NCBI GenBank assembly: GCA_049472315.1
Contig: JBLIRN010000081.1
Span: 1 to 11,885 of the forward strand
Source of the DNA: a bacterium
Lineage (GTDB): Bacteria; SZUA-182; DTGQ01; JAFGSM01
Direction: 5' to 3'
Length of the DNA: 11,885 nucleotides
Positions 8,429 through 11,885 of the stretch are shown here, piece by piece (within the stretch, counting starts at the first letter, position 1; each line of letters opens with the position of its first letter). Position numbers and translations under genes: made by a program. The notes beneath the pieces were generated by a model, which was not told the origin of the DNA, did not search any database, and saw only the letters and a list, made by a program, of their open reading frames with translations.

Positions 8429-8638
8429 AGATATATGCCGATCATAGGGTCATACAGCCCTTCGGGCGTAGCTGAGAAACCCATTGAGGGAGGCAGGCAT
8501 TGGAAGGACCCTCCCCCTTCCCGCATGGCATTGATTAATCGTCTCAAGGGGCATCATGCTACGGTTTACAGGCAGTGACCGCATGCGTGTATTCTCGATT
8601 TACGTATGTGCTTCTACAATGTTTGGGAGAGGGTTTCC

Positions 8639-9151
8639 ATGGGCTGGTTGACGATTTATACATTTCCTGATCCAATCTTGAAAAAGAAGGCGCAGGACGT
8701 TGAAAATATAGACCAGCGGATGCAGCGGTTGATTAAGGATATGACCGATACGATGTATTCCGCACCGGGTGTCGGGCTTGCCGCTCCTCAGGTGGGTGTC
8801 AGTTCACGTCTGGTGATTGTCGACCAATCATTGGGAAAGGGACGTGCCCCACTCGTCATGATCAATCCGAGGATTATATCCTCGGAGGGCTCCACCTTCG
8901 AGGAGGAGGGATGTCTCAGCCTGCCGGAGACCTATGGACAGGTAAAACGATCAAAGGTGATCGAGGTCGAATTCACCGACCCGACCGGAAAAGAGGTGCG
9001 CATGGTGGCGGAGGACTTTCTGGCCAGGGTGTTCCAGCACGAAATCGATCACCTCAACGGTATGCTCTTTATCGATCGCATGGGGCGTTTGCGGCGTGAT
9101 TTTTTACGGATGCGGTACCTAAAAAGGATGAAAAAGAAGAGCGATCTCTGA
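8639..9151 (+). CDS. def: Peptide deformylase
   Basis: Motifs GVGLAAPQVG, EGCLS and QHEIDHLNG; ATG 8639 follows GGGAGAGGG and gives a typical N-terminus (LTIYTFPDPILK). Confidence 0.97.
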   Translation: MGWLTIYTFPDPILKKKAQDVENIDQRMQRLIKDMTDTMYSAPGVGLAAPQVGVSSRLVIVDQSLGKGRAPLVMINPRIISSEGSTFEEEGCLSLPETYGQVKRSKVIEVEFTDPTGKEVRMVAEDFLARVFQHEIDHLNGMLFIDRMGRLRRDFLRMRYLKRMKKKSDL

Positions 9152-9153
9152 CA

Positions 9154-10119
9154 ATGCGGGTCCTTTTCATGGGAACCCCGGATTTTGCCTGTCCTGCACT
9201 GGAGGGACTGGTAAAGGCAGGGGTGACAGTCATTGGGGTATTCACCCAAGCGGACCGACCAAAGGGGAGGGGCCAGGCATTGACACCCCCGCCGGTCAAA
9301 CAGGCGGCCCTTGCCCATCATCTCCCTGTATTTCAGCCAGCCCGACTCTCGCACGAGACAGTCGACACCACCTGGGCCGGTCTTAATCCCGATGCGGTGG
9401 TCGTTGTCGCCTATGGCTTCATCCTCCCCCCCTGGATCCTCCACGGGACCTCTATGGGGTGCATCAATCTGCATGCATCGCTGCTGCCTCGCCACCGGGG
9501 TGCCGCACCCATCAATTGGGCCATTATACGGGGGGATGAGGAAACCGGGGTGACCACCATGCTTATGGACGAGGGCATGGACACCGGTCCCATCCTCTTG
9601 CAGGAAAGGATTCCCATATCGCCGGAGGATACGGCCGGAAGCATCCACGACAGGCTTTCCCTGATTGGCGCCGACCTCGTTGTCAAAACCCTCGAGGGAT
9701 ATCGGCAGGGGATCGTCATCCCGAGGAGGCAACCGGATGAGGGCGTTACCATAGCGCCGAAACTCGACAGGGAAATCGGAAGACTGGATTGGACCAGCGA
9801 CGCTGTCTCCCTGTGGAACCTTATCCGGGGAATCAATCCCCATCCGGGCGCATTCACCTTCCTGCACGGACGGATGATCAAGATCTGGCACTCCCTGCCT
9901 GTGGAAGGGGACACCGGCGATGCTGAGCCGGGTACGATCACCGATGTGGATCCACACCGGGGGGTGATCGTCCAGACGGGAAAGGGACGGATTGCCTTAC
10001 AGGTGGTACAGCCTGAGAACAAAAAGAAAATGAGCGCCCAATCCTTCCTCAGCGGTTATCGGGAGAGATTGGTCGGCGAGGTATTCACACGGTTCGGTGG
10101 CGCAGGGGATTCTCGCTGA
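9154..10119 (+). CDS. fmt: Methionyl-tRNA formyltransferase
   Basis: MRVLFMGTPDFA, VFTQADRPKGRG, INLHASLLPRHRGAAPINWA, MDEGMDTGP; 2 nt after def. Confidence 0.98.
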   Translation: MRVLFMGTPDFACPALEGLVKAGVTVIGVFTQADRPKGRGQALTPPPVKQAALAHHLPVFQPARLSHETVDTTWAGLNPDAVVVVAYGFILPPWILHGTSMGCINLHASLLPRHRGAAPINWAIIRGDEETGVTTMLMDEGMDTGPILLQERIPISPEDTAGSIHDRLSLIGADLVVKTLEGYRQGIVIPRRQPDEGVTIAPKLDREIGRLDWTSDAVSLWNLIRGINPHPGAFTFLHGRMIKIWHSLPVEGDTGDAEPGTITDVDPHRGVIVQTGKGRIALQVVQPENKKKMSAQSFLSGYRERLVGEVFTRFGGAGDSR

Positions 10120-10173
10120 ATTTTTTCTCCGCAGGTACCCGAGCATGGGTGCATACAACTCCAGGACATACGT

Positions 10174-10989
10174 GTGGAACGAACAGGCAGAAGATATGTC
10201 AATAACCGGGAGATGATCTTCATTCTTCTCCTGGTGGGTTTTTGGGTGTGCGTAGGTGCGGGAGCATATGGGTTATGGCGGCTCACCGGTCCCGGCCTTT
10301 CCCAGATCCATTCCGTGCTTCCGCGGGTCATAGGATTTGTTCTGGCCGCGGTCCTTTTCCTCATTGCATTGGGGATTATGCTATTTCTCAACATCATCCT
10401 CTTTGGCCGCAACACCCTGTTTTTTACCCCCATTCGTATGCTCCTCTCGCGATACCTTTTCCCACTCATCATGGTTACGGGACGTGTATTCCGTATTCCG
10501 GAGGAGATGATGCAATGTTCCTTCATTGACATCAATAACCGTCTGGTCCGGATCAAAGGGGTGTCGGTACGGCCTGAAAAGCTCATGATCCTGCTGCCGC
10601 AGTGTCTTCAAAACGATGATTGTGCCTTTCGGATTACCAAGGATATGCGGAGCTGCCGAAGGTGCGGCCGCTGCCAGATCGCCGAAATCGTCCCCCTCCT
10701 TGAACAGCACGGAATTGCGGGTTGGGTGGCGACGGGGGGAACCCTGGCGAGAAAGCACGTGACCGACTTTCGGCCTGATGCCATTATAGCGGTGGCCTGT
10801 CCCAGGGATCTTTCGAGCGGCATCATCGATTGCCTTCCCATTCCGGTCTACGGTATCCTCAACCAGCGGCCCGAAGGCCCCTGTGTGAACACGCTGGTGG
10901 ACATGGACGAGGTCCGGTGGGCGATCCGGCACTTCGTCCTGTCCGGGAGTTTTGATGAAATAAAGGGGGGGGCATCGCAGCCCGAGTGA
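10174..10989 (+). CDS. DUF116 domain membrane protein (Cys-rich, putative metal-binding)
   Basis: Two N-terminal hydrophobic helices, then FIDINN, LLPQCLQ, CRRCGRCQI, VATGGTLAR, AVACPRDL, NQRPEGPCVNT; this family commonly follows fmt. The GTG start is uncertain. Confidence 0.85.
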   Translation: MERTGRRYVNNREMIFILLLVGFWVCVGAGAYGLWRLTGPGLSQIHSVLPRVIGFVLAAVLFLIALGIMLFLNIILFGRNTLFFTPIRMLLSRYLFPLIMVTGRVFRIPEEMMQCSFIDINNRLVRIKGVSVRPEKLMILLPQCLQNDDCAFRITKDMRSCRRCGRCQIAEIVPLLEQHGIAGWVATGGTLARKHVTDFRPDAIIAVACPRDLSSGIIDCLPIPVYGILNQRPEGPCVNTLVDMDEVRWAIRHFVLSGSFDEIKGGASQPE

Positions 10990-11016
10990 TCCTTTTGGTG
11001 ATGTCGAGAATACGAT

Positions 11017-11244
11017 ATGAGTGATTTACCCACTGTTGGGAGATTCATCGTTATAACCGGTTTCATACTTATCGCGTTGGGGGGCGTACTCATCCTGGCG
11101 GGCAAGGTCCCCTTCATCGGCAGGCTGCCCGGCGATATTCACATCAAACGGGATAACCTCGACGTGTACCTCCCCCTGGGAACGTCCATTCTCATAAGCA
11201 TCATCCTGTCTCTTCTTCTCTATATCATCAGCAAGATCCGGTAA
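11017..11244 (+). CDS. DUF2905 family small membrane protein
   Basis: 75 aa; two hydrophobic helices flanking the GRLPGDI...YLPLGTSILISIILS signature. Confidence 0.88.
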   Translation: MSDLPTVGRFIVITGFILIALGGVLILAGKVPFIGRLPGDIHIKRDNLDVYLPLGTSILISIILSLLLYIISKIR

Positions 11245-11391
11245 GATCGGGTATCCGGGATCAGTAATGCCGATTGTGATGTTTTCATTATCGTGAGCGG
11301 ACATGTCTGCCTATACGCCCTGCCCAAGGATTCACAATCAACATTACTGATCGGGGATGAGGTCTGTATATGACCTTCACTTTATGACACG

Positions 11392-11426
11392 AAAAAAAAG
11401 GGCTGCGTCCGAAAGGACGCAGCCCT
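11392..11426 (-). terminator. Rho-independent terminator of the Gly-rich gene
   Basis: Perfect 12-bp stem AGGGCTGCGTCC/GGACGCAGCCCT with a 4-nt loop, running into 8 U on the minus strand (A8 at 11392-11399). Confidence 0.9.
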
Positions 11427-11429
11427 ACA

Positions 11430-11473
11430 AATCAGGACCTCATCTGGGGGGGAATAGATGGGTAGTCCTGATT
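11430..11473. other. Second stem-loop in the 3' UTR of the Gly-rich gene
   Basis: AATCAGGAC (11430-11438)/GTCCTGATT (11465-11473), with inner CATCT/AGATG pairing. Confidence 0.6.
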
Positions 11474-11499
11474 GTGATGTTGTTCTATGTGTTAACCGG

Positions 11500-11885
11500 C
11501 TAAAAAAGCAGCCCACCTCCGAGCCCTAATCCGAGCCCTCCGAGTCCTAATCCGAGCCCTCCGAGCCCAAGCCCCATACCAAAGGGATCGACCATGCTTA
11601 AACCTAAACCCAGACCATAGCCGCCCATTAAACCGAGGCCACCGTACATGCCAAGGCCGCCATAGAGGCCGCCCATTAAACCGAGGCCGCCGTACAGGCC
11701 AAGGCCACCGTAGAGGCCGCCCATTAAGCCGAGGCCGCCCATCATGCCAAGGCCGCCGTAGAGGCCGCCCATTAAGCCGAGGCCGCCGTACATGCTGCCG
11801 TACATGCCGCCGTACATGCCGTAGCCGCTGCCGTACATGCCGTAGCCGCTGCCGTACATGCCGTAGCCGCTGCCATACATGCCGT
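11500..11885 (-). CDS. Gly/Leu/Tyr/Met-rich low-complexity repeat protein, C-terminal part (5' end beyond the window)
   Basis: Open to the window edge and ends LGGGLLF-TAG, followed by a terminator. Differences between repeat copies are mostly synonymous in this frame (TAT/TAC, GGT/GGC, GGA/GGG). Confidence 0.8.
   Translation of the reverse strand, partial: GMYGSGYGMYGSGYGMYGSGYGMYGGMYGSMYGGLGLMGGLYGGLGMMGGLGLMGGLYGGLGLYGGLGLMGGLYGGLGMYGGLGLMGGYGLGLGLSMVDPFGMGLGLGGLGLGLGGLGLGLGGGLLF
11516..11568. repeat. 21-bp coding tandem repeat, about 2.5 copies (GLGLGGL-type)
   Basis: Unit CCTCCGAG(C/T)CCTAATCCGAGC. Confidence 0.85.
11620..11794. repeat. 48-bp coding tandem repeat, about 3.6 copies (LYGGLGxxGGLGLMGG)
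   Basis: Units start at 11620, 11668, 11716 and 11764 with GCCGCCCATTAA(A/G)CCGAGGCC. Confidence 0.9.
11809..11885. repeat. 21-bp coding tandem repeat, at least 3.6 copies (MYGSGYG)
   Basis: GCCGTACATGCCGTAGCCGCT three times exactly, plus a partial copy with one synonymous change; truncated by the window. Confidence 0.92.

Noticed and set aside
8606..8638. Longer def start at 8606
   Set aside because: No SD there; ATG 8639 has an SD and a typical Def N-terminus.
8435..8638. ZTP, THF, SAM or c-di-GMP riboswitch upstream of def-fmt
   Set aside because: I could not find their conserved core sequences; kept only as an unassigned structured leader.
9049..10022. Long minus-strand ORFs of 302 and 203 aa, and similar ones opposite ftsK, uppP and DUF116
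   Set aside because: Antisense to well-supported genes, which is expected in GC-rich coding DNA.
11485..11502. TAG readthrough (pyrrolysine) aided by the downstream hairpin
   Set aside because: A second in-frame TAG follows after only four codons.
11516..11885. Terminal repeats as a CRISPR array
   Set aside because: Contiguous tandem units without unique spacers, lengths divisible by 3, synonymous variation, and no cas genes.
1..11885. KOPS-like GGGNAGGG octamers near ftsK
   Set aside because: By eye they occur in roughly equal numbers on both strands, so there is no polarity signal.

Overview
Mostly housekeeping segment from an uncharacterised, moderately GC-rich diderm bacterium. It is probably an anaerobe, and the gene order is loosely Desulfobacterota-like (inference). 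Left to right: a large minus-strand acyl-CoA dehydratase activase-type protein with two ASKHA/BcrAD-BadFG domains plus DUF2229-type regions (>1100 aa, runs off the left edge, so absent from the ORF track); divergent uppP-ftsK-lolA; a convergent pcm with a lipoprotein-like N-terminal extension; divergent def-fmt-DUF116-DUF2905; and the 3' end of a convergent Gly/Leu/Tyr/Met-rich repeat protein with its own 3' hairpin and intrinsic terminator. No rRNA, tRNA, CRISPR or mobile element is seen. The most unusual items are the block-structured GGLY/GYGMY protein, the possibly exported Pcm, and long structured leaders before def and uppP. All were read by eye, with no database searches or folding runs.
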